Below, piece by piece: positions 13,326 through 27,465 of a DNA stretch of 64,000 nt; position 1 is the stretch's first letter, and each line of letters begins with the position of its first letter. The notes below the pieces were generated by a model. The model was not told the origin of the DNA and did no database searches. It saw only the letters and a program-made list of their open reading frames with translations. The translations under genes and the position numbers were made by a program. This stretch comes from Octopus vulgaris. Taxonomy: Eukaryota. Location of the stretch: NCBI GenBank assembly GCA_951406725.2, contig OX597819.1, positions 133,610,001 through 133,674,000 of the forward strand, read 5' to 3'.

Positions 13326-13557
13326 GGCGGCAAGCTGGCAGAAACGTTAGCACGCCGGGCGAAATGCGTGGCCGTTTTTCGTCTGCCGTTACGTTCTGAG
13401 TTCAAATTCCGCCGGGGTCGACTTTGCCTTTCATCCTTTCGGGGTCGATAAATAAAGTACCAGTTACGCACTGGGGTCGATGTAATCGACTTAATCCGTT
13501 TGTCTGTCCTTGTTTGTCCTCTCTGTGTTTAGCCCCTTGTGGGTAATTAAAGGAATA
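13326..13557 (+). mobile_element. Tail-A SINE monomer inserted into an older opposite-strand SINE (13235-13670)
   Basis: TSD tatattatctactcc at 13311-13325 and 13558-13572; ends gccccttgtgggtaattaaaggaata. Confidence 0.9.
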
Positions 13558-13827
13558 TATATTATCTACTCCGAAAGGCAAAGTGGACCTCGGCGGAATT
13601 TGAACTCAGAACATAAAGACAAGCATATTTCCCGGACTATTAACAATTCTGCTTGCTCGTCGCCTTTATATCAGAAGTTATACTAACAGAAACGAGAGAT
13701 GTATCTATCTTTTAATCAATGAAATTCGATTGAAACTTCTAATATTGCTCTGAGCAAACCCGAAAGATGAGCAACGATGTTAGAGAGACTAAAGTTTTAA
13801 TAAATTGGATTATCCAATTCGTTTCAA

Positions 13828-14017
13828 TTCTTGGTTCAAGGCCAGCAGTTTCGGGCGTGGGGCTCATTCGATTAAATCGACCCCGAAAGGATGAAAGACA
13901 ACGTCGACCTCGGCAGAATTTGAACTCAGAACGTAAAGACAGTCAAAATAACTATTTCTTTACTGCCCACAAGGAGCTAAACACAGAGAGGACACACAAG
14001 GACAGACAAACGGATTA
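13828..14017 (-). mobile_element. SINE body with a tail-A fragment joined at the recurrent junction (~13952)
   Basis: Reverse complement reads ...gggcagtaaagaaatag|ttattttgactgtctttacgttctgagttcaaatt. Confidence 0.75.
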
Positions 14018-14289
14018 ATGCCAATGGACGATTTAGATGATATTAAGGACTCAATACTTGACTGGGACTATCTTTTATCTATCTCGAAAGGGACAATGGC
14101 AAAGTTGACCTGTTCAGGATTTGAACTTAGACACTTTCCCATCCCCAAAAGCAACATGAAACGAAGTGTTTTGCTCAAGAACACAACTCGCCGCACGGTC
14201 TCGGAATCGAACACACCATCCGGCGGTCGTGAGTGGTACAGTCCACTTGGCCATGCGCCTTCACACACACACACACACACACACACACG

Positions 14290-14335
<46 letters not shown>

Positions 14336-15418
14336 CATACATACATACATTCACATACATACATACATGCATACATACATACATACATACATACATACAT
14401 ACATACACACATACATACAGACAGACAGACATATATGTAACGGGCTACTTTCAGTTTCTGCCAAACCCTCTCACAAGATCAGTACAGGGCTATAGTAGAC
14501 GATGCTTACTTAAGGTGCCACGCAGTGGAAGTGAACCCAAAACTATAGCAGACAGCAACACCTTCTGTAACGGAAGAGAATTTTTTTCCGACGCTTCAGC
14601 GATCTGTCATCTCTGTTAGCGTCACGTGACAATCAAGTAATTGGCGGAATAAACAAGCTTCACAGTCGAGAAGAATTAATTGATTACATTGTCGTTACTG
14701 TTAAAGAGAATGTAATAAATAACGTTAATAAACGAAATAATGGGAAATTATCGAAAAAGCAGCTGGATGTGATAATATGTCCGGGAATAATAAAAGCGAA
14801 ATCGCTTGAGGAGTCTCCAAGTCTCTGGTTGAGATTCGCAAAGATCAACTCACAGGAAAAAGTGTGACGTTTATCGTCAAGTTGATCCATTAACCATTTC
14901 CTAATCTGTGAACAGATTATTGTACTTATTAGTGACACAAAGAGGGGGGATGAACTGGCCATGACAAAATGGTGGTGGTGGTGGTGGTGGTGGTGGTGGT
15001 GGTGGTGGGGAGTTAATTTCAAAAAAATTCTGTCAATGGACCAAAATTTGATTGTAGCACTGATCTGAAAATCGTTACGCACTCAGACACACAAACTCAC
15101 ACACAATCACACACATACTCGTTCGCATATGTGCAAGTATAACAAATACGCGTACACACAACACACAAGTGTATGGATGCACACGCATTCACATACACAT
15201 GCACAGAAAAATATACGTCACACAATAAAGGGAAATACATTAGCAATAAAAGCTATTGATTTCCTGTTAAATAGGCATAAAGTAATTTTGATAATTGCTT
15301 TTAGTTATAATAGGCGGACATTTTAAATTTAAACCCACCAATCAATGAATACTTAACTTTCACTATTCACCATTTCTTTTGCTTGTTGAATGCGTGCGAT
15401 TGCGTCCATTCCCTTCTC

Positions 15419-15480
15419 ACACAACACCACACAACACCACACAACACCACACAACACCACACAACACCACACAACACCAC
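15419..15480. repeat. (ACACAACACC)x6 minisatellite
   Basis: Direct reading. Confidence 0.9.
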
Positions 15481-16043
15481 GCACATAGCTGCACATTTGA
15501 ATGCATAAACATAACGTATGCGTACACACACACACATACATACATATATTTATATCTATATCTGTATATCTGTATATATATATACATACATACATATATA
15601 CACATATATACATATATATATATATATATGTTCGTGTGCGTGTGTGTGTGTGTATGTATATATATATATATCGATATTTCAAAGCGTGTGTGTTTTGTAT
15701 GTGCATCCATTACGTTCTACGAAGGAAACTTTGAAAGTGTCTTCTAAATTTCAGCTTGCTTGCGTTCATCACAATGATGAAGGTGAGCAAGTCGAAACCT
15801 GGTTTACACCTCCCCCCCACACACCCACACACACCCACACACACACACATATTAATGCTCGTATATCAATTATTTGATGGGACAAAGTTATGAAGTAACT
15901 AAAGGACCGAGAGTTTCCAGCATTGACTCTTGTCAAAAAACTTCATTGACTATAACAACTGTAACAGCTGCCGAAAAAATATGTACGTATATACCCAGGT
16001 TTTGAGTCTTATTTTCTTTCATACAGACTACACACACACACAC

Positions 16044-16103
<60 letters not shown>

Positions 16104-16254
16104 TCTTTACTGCCCACAAGGGACTACACACAGAGGCGGCAAACAAAAGGATTAAGTCGATTATATCGACCCCAGTGGGTAACTGGTACTGATTTAATCG
16201 ACCCCGCAAAGATATATATATACATATATATATATGTATATATATATGATGATG

Positions 16255-16319
<65 letters not shown>

Positions 16320-16320
<1 letters not shown>

Positions 16321-16866
16321 CAGTACCAGGCAGTGGCTCTCATGGCTTCTGATCTTAACTGATTGGAAGTGTTTTCATGTACATTGTTTTGTCTTGGTAT
16401 AAAAGATGGGCTACAGCAAATATTCTGCTCATTACCACAGATTTGCTTGTCAGTTGCTTGACCTTAACCAGTTGAGCATGTCCCTTAGTGGCTGACGATA
16501 TGTGCATCTCTGATCACGAGCAGAAGTAGTGGGGGAGCATCATAGCCATGTGTTGAGAGGGATTCTTTAGGGTTTGAATAGTTCACCTCTGGAAACATGG
16601 GTGGTTCTTTCAACATCCTTAAACAACCCTTATTCAGGGACCGTTTGAGCGGGATGGGCTACTCAACCTGAAGAAATTTCTAACTGGGCCCCACCTGCAA
16701 GGTTATGTGCTGTTTATCTTGATATGAGATCACCATGTCGCGCACATATGGTTGTGATGCATGTGCCTGGTGTACCTTTATCAGACGGGTAGTCATGATG
16801 GGTATATTGGGCTTCGTATATTTTACCCCAGTGTCACTTTGATGGCATGAACTGCTCTCTCACTCA
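16320..16866 (+). mobile_element. Non-coding retroposon or 3' UTR embedded in (TAA)n; second copy at 61722-62140 (-)
   Basis: Flanked by (TAA)n on both sides; high similarity to the reverse complement of 61722-62140. Confidence 0.75.
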
Positions 16867-17069
16867 ATAATAATAATACTAATAATTTGAGGGAATATTA
16901 TTCCTAACTTACAAGGAAATACTAAATACTAAATACTAAATACTAAATCAAATTTCACACACATATATATATGCATATATATATTTATATATATGTATGT
17001 ATATAGATATATATTTATATATATGTATGTATATAGATATATATGCATATATATATATATACATTTAGA

Positions 17070-17103
<34 letters not shown>

Positions 17104-17215
17104 CATTTATATATATATATATATATACATATTCATATATATATAAATGTATATACATATATATATATATATATATACCTATTCATATATATATATATAC
17201 ACACACACATATATT

Positions 17216-17249
<34 letters not shown>

Positions 17250-17334
17250 GTAATATCATATATATCTATATATATATATGTCTGTATATACATAGATATA
17301 TGTGTCTGTGTCGTGTGTGTATAATATATATAGA

Positions 17335-17693
17335 CACGGGTATGACTGTGTGATAAGAAATTTGCTTCGCAATCACAGTTTCTTCTACTGTAGCCTCGGG
17401 TTGACCAAAGCCTTGTGAATAGATTTGTTAGACGGAAATTGAAAGAATCCCATCGTGTACCTTTGTGTATAACATATATATGTGCGTGAGTATTTGCATA
17501 TCTGTGTCTGTGTTTGTCCCCCAACCGCTTGATAACTGGTGTTGGTGTGTTTTCGGCAAGGGACACCGATAGAATAAGTATAGGTTTAAAAAGAGCAAGT
17601 GTTGGGTTCGATTCATTCGAGTAGAAAATTTTCATGGCGGTGCTCCACTATGACCGCAGTCTAATTACTGAAACAAGTAAAAAAATGAAAGAT
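17335..17693 (+). mobile_element. tRNA-SINE with internal microsatellite; related copies 14435-14550(-), 19660-19890(-), 49490-49880(+), 56620-57015(-)
   Basis: Shared blocks gaccaaagccttgtga.tggattt.gtagacggaaactgaaaga and ccgatagaataagta. Confidence 0.8.
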
Positions 17694-19782
17694 ATGTACA
17701 TATGTGTGTGTGTTTGTAGTGTGTGAATATGAGTATGTGTGTGTAACCCAGTATGAAGAGATGAATACGCAGATATCTCGAAGGTCATTTAATGATAGAG
17801 CAACACATAGTCTTCAATTTGAACAATATACTATTTTGTGCTAATGAACTAAGTTAATTCCTTAATTACACCAAATGTTTATTAAATGATTTCAGAAGTG
17901 TATTTTAAAAACATTGCCATAAACATGTCGCTTACGATCACAAAACAAGTCTGTTAGTTTCTCAACAGTTTCATTTGCAGTTGAGCTCTGATCTGTTTTA
18001 TGCGAATTCATTATGTATGGGTGAATAAGGTGATATGAATATAAACTTTTGAGCGTTTCTACACATATATATATATATATATATATATAACTCTGTGTGT
18101 GTGTCTGTTTTGTGTATTACACTTTCTGTGGATATTGTGAGATGCAAAGGAACAAGATGTTATAAAGATACTGTGTTAGTCAATTAAGCCCAATTTCGTT
18201 TAAATATTTACCTTCTCGAAAATCTATAAGAATGTATCTACTGCATCTGAAAATTAATCATACACAATATGCTACTGAATATAGCAAAATCAAAGGAGCT
18301 TCCTTTGGAGGTAGAAATACTTGCAATTTATGTGCAAAAGGAAAAAATGGGACATTATTTGCAGAAACCCTCTCATTAATAAATAATCGAAAACTATTAT
18401 AGTATTTCGACGCACAGCATACAAAGCGTTTAACTGGTTTGCCTAAAACGTATCACGGAATGGAGGATTACTTCTTTAAACAATGTATTTCAGATCCATT
18501 TTATATGATTTCAACCACAACCGCTGAAGAAAATTGAAAAACTCACGCCCGACATAGTAATAAGCAGACGTTCTCCAACGTGGATATATATTTATATTGT
18601 ATTCCAACTGGGATAATGAGCCATCATGCACGAATGAGATAAGAAGTGGCTGTTCGGCTGCATTTGAGAGATTATAAAACGCCAACAAACATTGCACAAT
18701 TGAAAATCATTTGAGTGGGCGAAAGATAATGTTTTTTTTTTATATTTCCGTAAAATATTTGCAAAAGTATTTTTATATCTACTCCTATCATTGATAATAC
18801 CACGAAAATTTAGATATCTCAACTTGAATTTTAGAATTTAGAATTCTATTGAAATAATATTTCATACCTTTTAACTTTTGTACTGAATACGTTCCAAAAT
18901 TGTTCAACCGAACACCAAGAGTCAAAAGAATAACATATTTATTCAGTGTCGTTACGTTCTAGCAGATTAAATCTCAGAGTCTCTGAGTCTCCTTCCGTCA
19001 ATGTACCACGTATGGTCATAACATACACCGTGAAAAGGGAAGAAGTGTTTTCCGAAGCCTAAAGCTTTTAGGTATCCACGTTCGTGTTTGCCGCAATGTA
19101 TTGTGAATGGCTGTATAGGTTTTTGTTTGAATGTTTGGCAGACTTCAACACTCATCAAATATTTTGTTTGCTCTTCCAGTGTCTCCTGTGTTACCTTTCT
19201 ATTTTAATCGATCACACCCTCTTTGTGGGATGTAAAGTAGGAACGGGGAAGACATCCAACTAACATATACATCAGTTAATATTATGAAGAGCAATTACAT
19301 TACAAACATTTCTAATATTCCTGATAATGTCACATTTAATTGATTTATTTTTTTGCTTCAGAAAATTGTTTGCTAGTTTTATATTTCTTGGATAGCAAAT
19401 GACTTTCTCTGCGAACCCGATAAAATTGAAATTAATTCGGGGTGGTTTTATCACAATCTATTTTCTACCCCTTTAACTTCAAAGACGAAAGTAATATATT
19501 TGGTTGTTGTCTATTTCTTAATTCTTGTTCTTCCCAATCAATATAAAGTGAGTTTATTTCGGTTTCTTTGCGGCAATTCTAAACATTTTTGTTCCAAACT
19601 CTTTCCGTTCTCATTTTTAGCGCAATTTTATGTTCTTGCAGGTATTATGCTTGGTAAGCATAATACTTATTCTATCGCTCTCTTTTGCCGAACCGTTAAG
19701 TTACGGAGATGTAAACATACCAACATCGGTTGTCAAGCGATGGTGGGGAACAAACACATACACACGAACATATACACATACA

Positions 19783-19849
<67 letters not shown>

Positions 19850-19907
19850 ATATATACGACAGGCTGTATGTATGTATGTATGTGTATATATACGACTAGC
19901 TACTTTC

Positions 19908-19977
<70 letters not shown>

Positions 19978-20639
19978 TGAATATATATAGATATGTATAT
20001 ATGTGTATGTGTGTGTGTGTGTATGAACGTATGTATGTATGCATGTATGTATATGTCTTACATGGATAACTTGTGAGGGAAAGTCCTAATTAATTTGAGA
20101 CTCCATCACATTGAAAGCCAGTTGCAGATCGACATCACTTGTAGTTAATGAGTGACGGTAGTCGTCGTCGTGGCATACATTGAATTCAGCCGAATGTGAG
20201 ACAAGAAAATAATATGGAAACGAGTCGAACAATAAATTGTGTGATTGTAAAGATCTTATGATTTCATTATTGTTCTCCATTGCAGACGAGAAAACAGTGG
20301 AAAAGAAGAGAGGATGAGTTTATAATGATAGCATTTCTAATTGTGGTAATTAACTATTGTGAACTAAATTGGAATTTATGAAATTGAAAAGAATTCTCAA
20401 TATTGTAATGCAGATGTATTTCTCTCTCATTTACAATTCGACTTTATTGATTCGTTATTATTTATTGATTCTATTCTAAGAAAAAATAATTGAAAACAAC
20501 ACATTTGCAACAACAACAACAACAATAATAATAATTCTTTCTGCTATAGGCACAAGGGCTGAATTTTTTTTAGGTCCGGGAAGATTTTTATCGTACGGGC
20601 TAAATATTCGACCATCGCGCAGCATTATACTTATAATTG

Positions 20640-20721
<82 letters not shown>

Positions 20722-20723
<2 letters not shown>

Positions 20724-20955
20724 GACAACATTGGTGATCAGAGCATCGGGGCGCAATCCCATTGAAACTTCAAAACTTCTTAAGGCAACTGGAAATCCCA
20801 TGCCAGATTGATGTCTTGTCAAAAGCAACCTTATTGGGCACAGGACACACCTTAAGGAAAGTATTATCTGTCTGAGATCCTTTTTGTTACTTGACAGATG
20901 ACTAAAGATACCGGTCCGGTTTTACCTACTCTGTATTACGAAGGAAAAAGATTAT
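20722..20955 (+). mobile_element. Short R4/Dong-like 3' end after (TAA)n(GAA)n
   Basis: Translates ...QLEIPCQIDVLSKATLLGTGHTLRKVLSV*. Confidence 0.75.
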
Positions 20956-21344
20956 TATAAATACGAAAGAAAAATCAACACATGTCCATGGGCGGTGTTT
21001 TGTCAAAAAGTAAACGCTGTAAAGACGAACTCATAACAAAACCCACCAAAAAAAAACAACGATGAACAGATAACATGAATACTATGAATTGGTTGATTTA
21101 TGATTTACACACACACACTACTATGCCACGCTCCTCCAAAAACATACAGGAATAAACTCAAACAGTAAATAGAATAACACAGCGGGTGGCAAACAACATG
21201 GAAGTGTGAGAGCAAGCTGCCGGGGAAAATAGATTCAATTTGAAAGTGTGAAGAAGCAGGAATTAATAATCTGCGAAAACAACGAGAGAAAAGTATGTTT
21301 TAATGTAAGCCATCTCCAGAAAACGAAAGATGTTTCTATATGGA

Positions 21345-21394
<50 letters not shown>

Positions 21395-21767
21395 GCTTAC
21401 CTCGGATGCGCCGCTGCAGCAACATGTGCGTGGAAGTGTAAACACATGGACTGCAAACCTGTGAGTAAAATTTAAAATTTAAAATCTTAATTACCTATGC
21501 ATCCATATTTATACAATTCCTCTTTATATACGCACATAACTGCACATAATTCTCGGTTTCTCGCTTATACGTCAATAATAATTATAAATACGAAAAAAAA
21601 ATCAATAGATGATCGTGGGCGGTGTTCTGTCAAAAAGTAAACGCTGTAAAGACAGACCCATAACAAAACCGACCAAAACAAAGAACGATAGACGGATAAC
21701 CATGAATACTATGAAATGGTCGATTTATGATTGACACACGCTACTCTGCAACACTCCTCCAAAAACA
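20954..21767. repeat. Two diverged ~190-bp direct repeats (20954-21144, 21581-21767)
   Basis: Both run attataaatacgaaa...tgggcggtgtt.tgtcaaaaagtaaacgctgtaaagac...ctcctccaaaaaca. Confidence 0.85.
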
Positions 21768-21789
21768 ACACAAGTTAAAAACCAGAAAA

Positions 21790-22220
21790 TTTGAGTGGTA
21801 GGAAGAAGACTTTTCCTGGTAGCTTCCCAAAGATAGTTGCAGCAAATAATAGCAATAAGACATGGTCATGGTTGCGGAAAGGAAGGTTGAAAAGGGGAGC
21901 AGAAAGTTTGTTAGTAACAACACAAGATCAAGCATTAAATATTAATTGGATAAAAGCCAAGATAGACAACAACTATGTAGATGATACAAATCAAAAACGG
22001 AAAGCGTTACTCATATATTAAGTGAATGTAGCATGCTGGCACAGAAAGAATACAAGAAAAGACATGACAATCTAGGGAGAGTAATCCAATGGTAGTTATG
22101 TACAAGGTTAGGATTTGAAAATACTGAGAAATGGTATGAACATGGACCTAGTAAAGTACTGGAAAGTACTAGAAAGATGTAAGACTTTAACATTCCGACT
22201 GACAGAGATAAAAAGGAAAT
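21790..22220 (+). mobile_element. R4/Dong-like RLE fragment
   Basis: KTWSWLRKGRLKRGAESLLVTTQDQAL..., then ECSMLAQKEYKKRHDNLG. Confidence 0.8.
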
Positions 22221-22239
22221 AATTATAATAATAAGTTCG

Positions 22240-22420
22240 TGATATGAGCAATGGTTTCATCCACTCTATTGCAGATGCGGCACAGCGGAGATACTTGCTC
22301 ATTCCTAATGTCCAGCTTCCAGTTCGTGGTAAAAGCCTGGTCTTGCGCTGCCACTGTAGGGCTCTCGATCTCTTTATTTTAGTGTTCCTTTCTTCATCCA
22401 ATACGACCTCTTTTTTTTGT
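22240..22420 (-). mobile_element. Inverted R4/Dong-like fragment
   Basis: Minus strand WMKKGTLK...AAQDQAFTTNW...PLCRICNRVDETIAHI (CCHC region). Confidence 0.8.
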
Positions 22421-22497
22421 AAAATAATAATAGTAATAATAACAATAATGATAATAATGATAACAATAATAATAATAATAATGATAATAATGACAAC

Positions 22498-22562
<65 letters not shown>

Positions 22563-22605
22563 TAATAATGATAACAATAATAATAATAATGATAATAATG
22601 ATAAC

Positions 22606-22663
<58 letters not shown>

Positions 22664-22719
22664 GAAAAAATAGGTGAGATTGGATGAAGAAAGGAACACT
22701 AAAAAAAGAGACCAAGAAA

Positions 22720-23660
22720 AGTTATCAGAGGCAAAAACATATTCAAAAGAATTCCAAATACAACAATTTCCGGAATTAGATTAAAAACACATAAAAAGCA
22801 GAACACATAAAAACCATTGCTAGAAACACGGATTTAATTAATATTATCGGCAAATGGCAGGAAAAAACCACTTCGTGGTAAATACCCAGAAAGTGCTAAA
22901 AACGTGGTTTGTGCTCTCTGGCCTAAATTTAGAGACAGCAGGGTTTATCATACAAAACCAGGATCAATGCCTACCTGTAAGAAGCTTTCAAGACAGCATC
23001 TTAAAGAACGGCAGAAGCCCCAACATGTTGGGTGAGCAAAATACCACCTGAAACCATTAATTATATATTTCTTCATGTGTTGCTTTCTTGTATCCTCAAA
23101 GGATCTCAGTGCGCAGAAGAGAGCTGCACAGAATATCTCCTGGGTAATTTTTATAAAGACCTAGACCCACCCCATCAAAGAGACTGGTGAGAGCTTAAAT
23201 AAGATGAGCAAATGTAAAGATCTTGAAATAGAAATTGGTAAATTACGGAAGCTCAAGTCTAGAACAATATCTGTGATTGTAACCGCGTTAGGAAGAATAG
23301 AAAAAGAGGCTGATTATTGTGTATCTCAAATCCTAAAGAGTCCCAAAATGGAAGAAATTCAAAAACTGGTACTCATGGGGACTACTCATGTCCCACAATA
23401 AATACTTTCTATATAGTTCCAAAATATGTTCTCAAATATTATCAAAAGCACATTTTCCCAAACAGTACGTCTCATGAATCCAAGGTTTCACAATTAAAAC
23501 ATGTGACCCTCTCACCGAACTAATTTCCTCCTCCTAAACGTCAATTATCAATTAACCTAGCCATAATACCCTTTTGAACTTTATAACGTACTCTCGCTCA
23601 GTGTGTCGGGGTAAGACTTGGACTCAGCTCATTCAAACACATAGCAAAATCCAAATATCA
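22720..23660 (+). mobile_element. Decayed R4/Dong-like 3' portion, same family as 60637-61672
   Basis: GLNLETAGFIIQNQDQCLP and KDLEIEIGKLRKLKSRTISVIVTALG; similar 3' UTR agacttgga...gcaaaa. Confidence 0.85.
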
Positions 23661-23940
23661 TTATCATCATCATAACAACAACAATGTTAATAAGTGTGGT
23701 TCCAAATGTTGTCTCTAGGCCAGCAATTTTAAGGGGTGGCCTGAAATTTTGAGGGAGGGGGGTGGTCGATTACATCAACTCTAGTTTTCGAGTGGTGCTT
23801 TATCAACCACTAAAGAATGAAAGGCAAAGTCGGCCTCGGAATCTAGTTTATGTTTTAATCTAGCTTGCGTGATCTAAATTGTTTCAATCCTATCTCGACA
23901 TTCCAGTGTGTCTGACATCTTTGAACTAACATGCAATATA

Positions 23941-24172
23941 TATTTCTTTATTGCCCACAAGGGGCTAAACATAGAGGAGACAAACAAGGGCAGACAAAGG
24001 GATTAAGTCGATTATATCGACCCCAGTGCGGAACTGGAACTTTATTTATCGACCCCGAAAGGATGAAAGGCAAAGTCGACCTCGGCGGAATTTGAACTTA
24101 GAACGTAACGGCAGACGAAATACGGCTACGCATTTCGCCCGGCGTGCCAACGTTTCTGCCAGCTCGCCGCCT
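23941..24172 (-). mobile_element. Young tail-A SINE monomer with TSD
   Basis: Near-consensus copy; TSD ctaacatgca at 23926-23935 and 24174-24183. Confidence 0.9.
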
Positions 24173-25334
24173 GCTAACATGCATTATAATTAAACTAAAC
24201 GATGTTTCCCCCTTTTAAATGGGGGGGAATTTCAAATACAGTGTAGGATCTATTTCTTTTATTACCCACCAGAGGTTAATACAATGTAGGATCACTTCAT
24301 CTCCACCTATCGTTTATCTTATGCTACATACATGCTACGATCTTCTTTATCCAATTAAGTTGTCTTTTACTAAGTTTGCAGAATTTCTTTTGTGACGAAC
24401 TTTGTCCCACGTCGGTTAACGTCAATCAATATTTTAATATAATACGAAGGTTAAAATCATCCAAAAATCAAAAATTTCATTTTTATGAAATTTTCTACTT
24501 TTCTGAATAAGAGATACAAATTTTTGTGAGGATTCTCAATACATAAATATAAGACTATATTCATATTTGTTTTGTGCTTCTCCTCTGTTACCGGCTGAGA
24601 AAAATTTGAATTGCTTGCTGAAAGAATATATTTCAAATAACTGGAAATCATAAAGAGAGTTGGTCTTAACAAAACTGACAAAAACTAGATTTCCTGTTTT
24701 TTTTTTCTTTTTTCTTTTTTAAGTGGCGAAAACTGGCAAGTTGATAAAGAAAGTACAAAATGGTGAATTTTATTAGTTCTTTTTCTTCAGAGTCGCGCGA
24801 CATTTCATTCAGTTTTTTTCATTTTATAACAAACTTTAATGAAGTGAATGGCTAACAATAGAATACATTTTACATTGTATGTGCCGTGTCCCGCATTCAA
24901 TTCTTGTCGAAGTCCCTGAGAATTTGGCTGAATAAATGAAGGTAATGCCTTCATATAAATATGACAGACCTGAATCTAAAATATAAAACAAAACAGCAAA
25001 AGCAAGATGAACAATAAGTATTCATGAGTTACCACATAGCAAGGAACTGTGGAGTGTCAGCAAGGGAGCAGCTATGTGATATGTTTATTTGCTAGAAATC
25101 ATACTTAAATCGCTTAAGCTGTAGTAGAGCATCCAGTGGGCATGCGTTACTTGGGAGAACGAGCATGACACGTCTTGACCACATCGTTATGCCTGCATCT
25201 ACATTCATCAGGCAATACACAACGATCATTTTAGCTCTGTCTTTTATTTCAGTTTCAAATAATTCGTAACAATGTTAGTTCATGAAGGATAAAATTCTTG
25301 TCCTTATAACTGATGCCAATATACTACAACATAG

Positions 25335-25735
25335 AAGGCGGCGCGCTGGCACAATCGTTAGCACGCCGACCAAAATGCCTTGCAGCATTTCGTCTGTCTT
25401 TGTGTTCTGAGTCCAAATTCCGCCGAGGTCGACTTTGCCTTTCATCCTTTCGGGGTCGATAAACTAAGTACCAGTTACGCACTGGGGTCGATGTAATCGA
25501 CTTAATACTTATGTCTGTCCTTGTTTGTTCCCTCCGTGTTTAGCCCCTTGTGGGTAATAAAGAAATAGGCATTTCGTCTGTCTTTGTGTTCTGAGTTCAA
25601 ATTCCGTCGATGTCGGCATGGCCTGTGATCCTTGTGGGGTCGTTAATGTAGCACCAGTTGAACAGTGGGGTCGGTTTAATCGAATCACCAGCCTCCACCC
25701 AAATTGCTAGCCTTGTACCAAAATCTGAAATCAAA
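25335..25735 (+). mobile_element. Old tail-B SINE containing a young tail-A unit (25413-25568) between 28-bp direct repeats
   Basis: gcatttcgtctgtctttgtgttctgagt at 25385-25412 and 25569-25596. Confidence 0.9.
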
Positions 25736-26089
25736 TAATCCGGGTTTGCTCTCACCCATTCTTCTCACTTGTGCAGTTTTCACTTTTGCCGCCGTTACTC
25801 TCCTCTGTATTAATGCAGATTTCATATTCGATTATACAGGTTATCAGGTGGATCCTCGTCCATTTGTATGTTGTCATCAGCACTGTAAGATTCCTGTCTC
25901 CACTATTATGGTGTGGTGGTATTCCGAGTCTTATTATTGTCTATTGTGCTATCGCTGACAGCTCTGCAAGACAATGACGTTGACACGTCTACCTTGACAG
26001 TAATTCGAACTCGTATCTATTACGTAACTGACGATGACTCCAACTGAGAACTCGTACGACTACTTCTACTACTACTACTACTACTACTG

Positions 26090-26425
26090 TATTTCTTTAT
26101 TTGGCCACACGAGGTCTAACACAGGGGGACAAACAAGGACAGACAAAACACAGAAGTAGGGAAAAATAAAAACGAATGAAAAGAATGGGAATCATAAATG
26201 AAAAACTGGAACGACGTTAACTCGAACCCCGCACTCCATATAATATCATTGAACATGTTTTTGAACAGTTATTTTATTTTTGTATTTTTTTTGTTCTTGC
26301 TGTGTGTTGCTTGTGTAGAATATTCAGTATTCTTTTGGGGGCTTTGTTTTGCTGTTTGTGTTAGTAATATTTTTGTCTGCGTTCGTATCTGCTCTGTGTT
26401 TATTTTTGGCTCTTTACTACCACTG
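26090..26425 (-). mobile_element. E3: 5'-truncated retroposon 3' end, followed by (TAG)n
   Basis: Homologous to 29232-29580; ends gtgttagacctcgtgtggccaataaagaaatac. Confidence 0.75.
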
Positions 26426-27465
26426 ACTTTCTTTTATTGGTCAGACGAGGGGGTGGGGCTAACATAAGAGAAGACAGCATATGGTGGGGACAGTAAAAAA
26501 TGATGAATTAGATAAAATGATTAATGAAATGAAGCCGTCCGTCCCCTACCACCGCGCGACTTCATTGAACCTGTTAATACAACTTTTTTTAAAAACATTA
26601 TTTGTAACAGTTCTATATTTAAGAGATGAGGAATTATGTACATTATTTAAATTATTTACATTCGACGGATATTTGTCCTCATCTTGAAATCAAATAACAT
26701 GCACCATGTATGGATTCAGGACATCTGTATACCGCAAGCCGACATTTACCGGACGATACTTCAACTTCAATTCCCACCATCCATACAGTGTAAAAAGAGA
26801 GATTTCTCAGTGCCGAAAACATCGTGCAAAGAATATAAGTAGGGATCGTGATACACACCACGAAGAAATGATCAAGCTCAGTAACAATCTATTAAGGAAC
26901 AACTACCCCAAAAGTATACTCTCCACTCCAATTATGAAGAAGTGAGAGGATGAGGCCAATAAACTGTCCACAGTCTGTCTACCTTTTGTGAAAGGCTTCT
27001 CCGAAAAGATACAAAAGGTACGCGGCCCATATGACATCAGGACAGTATTCAAGATTAATACAACACTTCGCAAATATTTCCTTCGAGTAAAACCACCAAT
27101 AGAAGAGAATATGACCAAAGACTGTGTGTACTCCATCCCATGCAGCTGTGGTAGGTTTTTACAAAGGCGAAACATGCCGCCCCCTCGAAATAAGCGTAGA
27201 CGAACATCGCAAAGCTGTGACACGAGATATTGAAAAATCGGGTATAGCTGATCATGTATGATCCCTTGTGGGATGACGTTGAAATAATAGACAGAGAACA
27301 CCACTGGAAAATATGAAAACTAAAAGAAGCGGCACATATGCTAGGACACAACAACCTCCTAAGCAGACTGAGTGCAGATATGAGCAACATATGGGAACCG
27401 GTATTAAGGAAGGATAGAAAAATATTAGATTTATAATCCCTAAAATTCACTCCATAATTGCCCAC

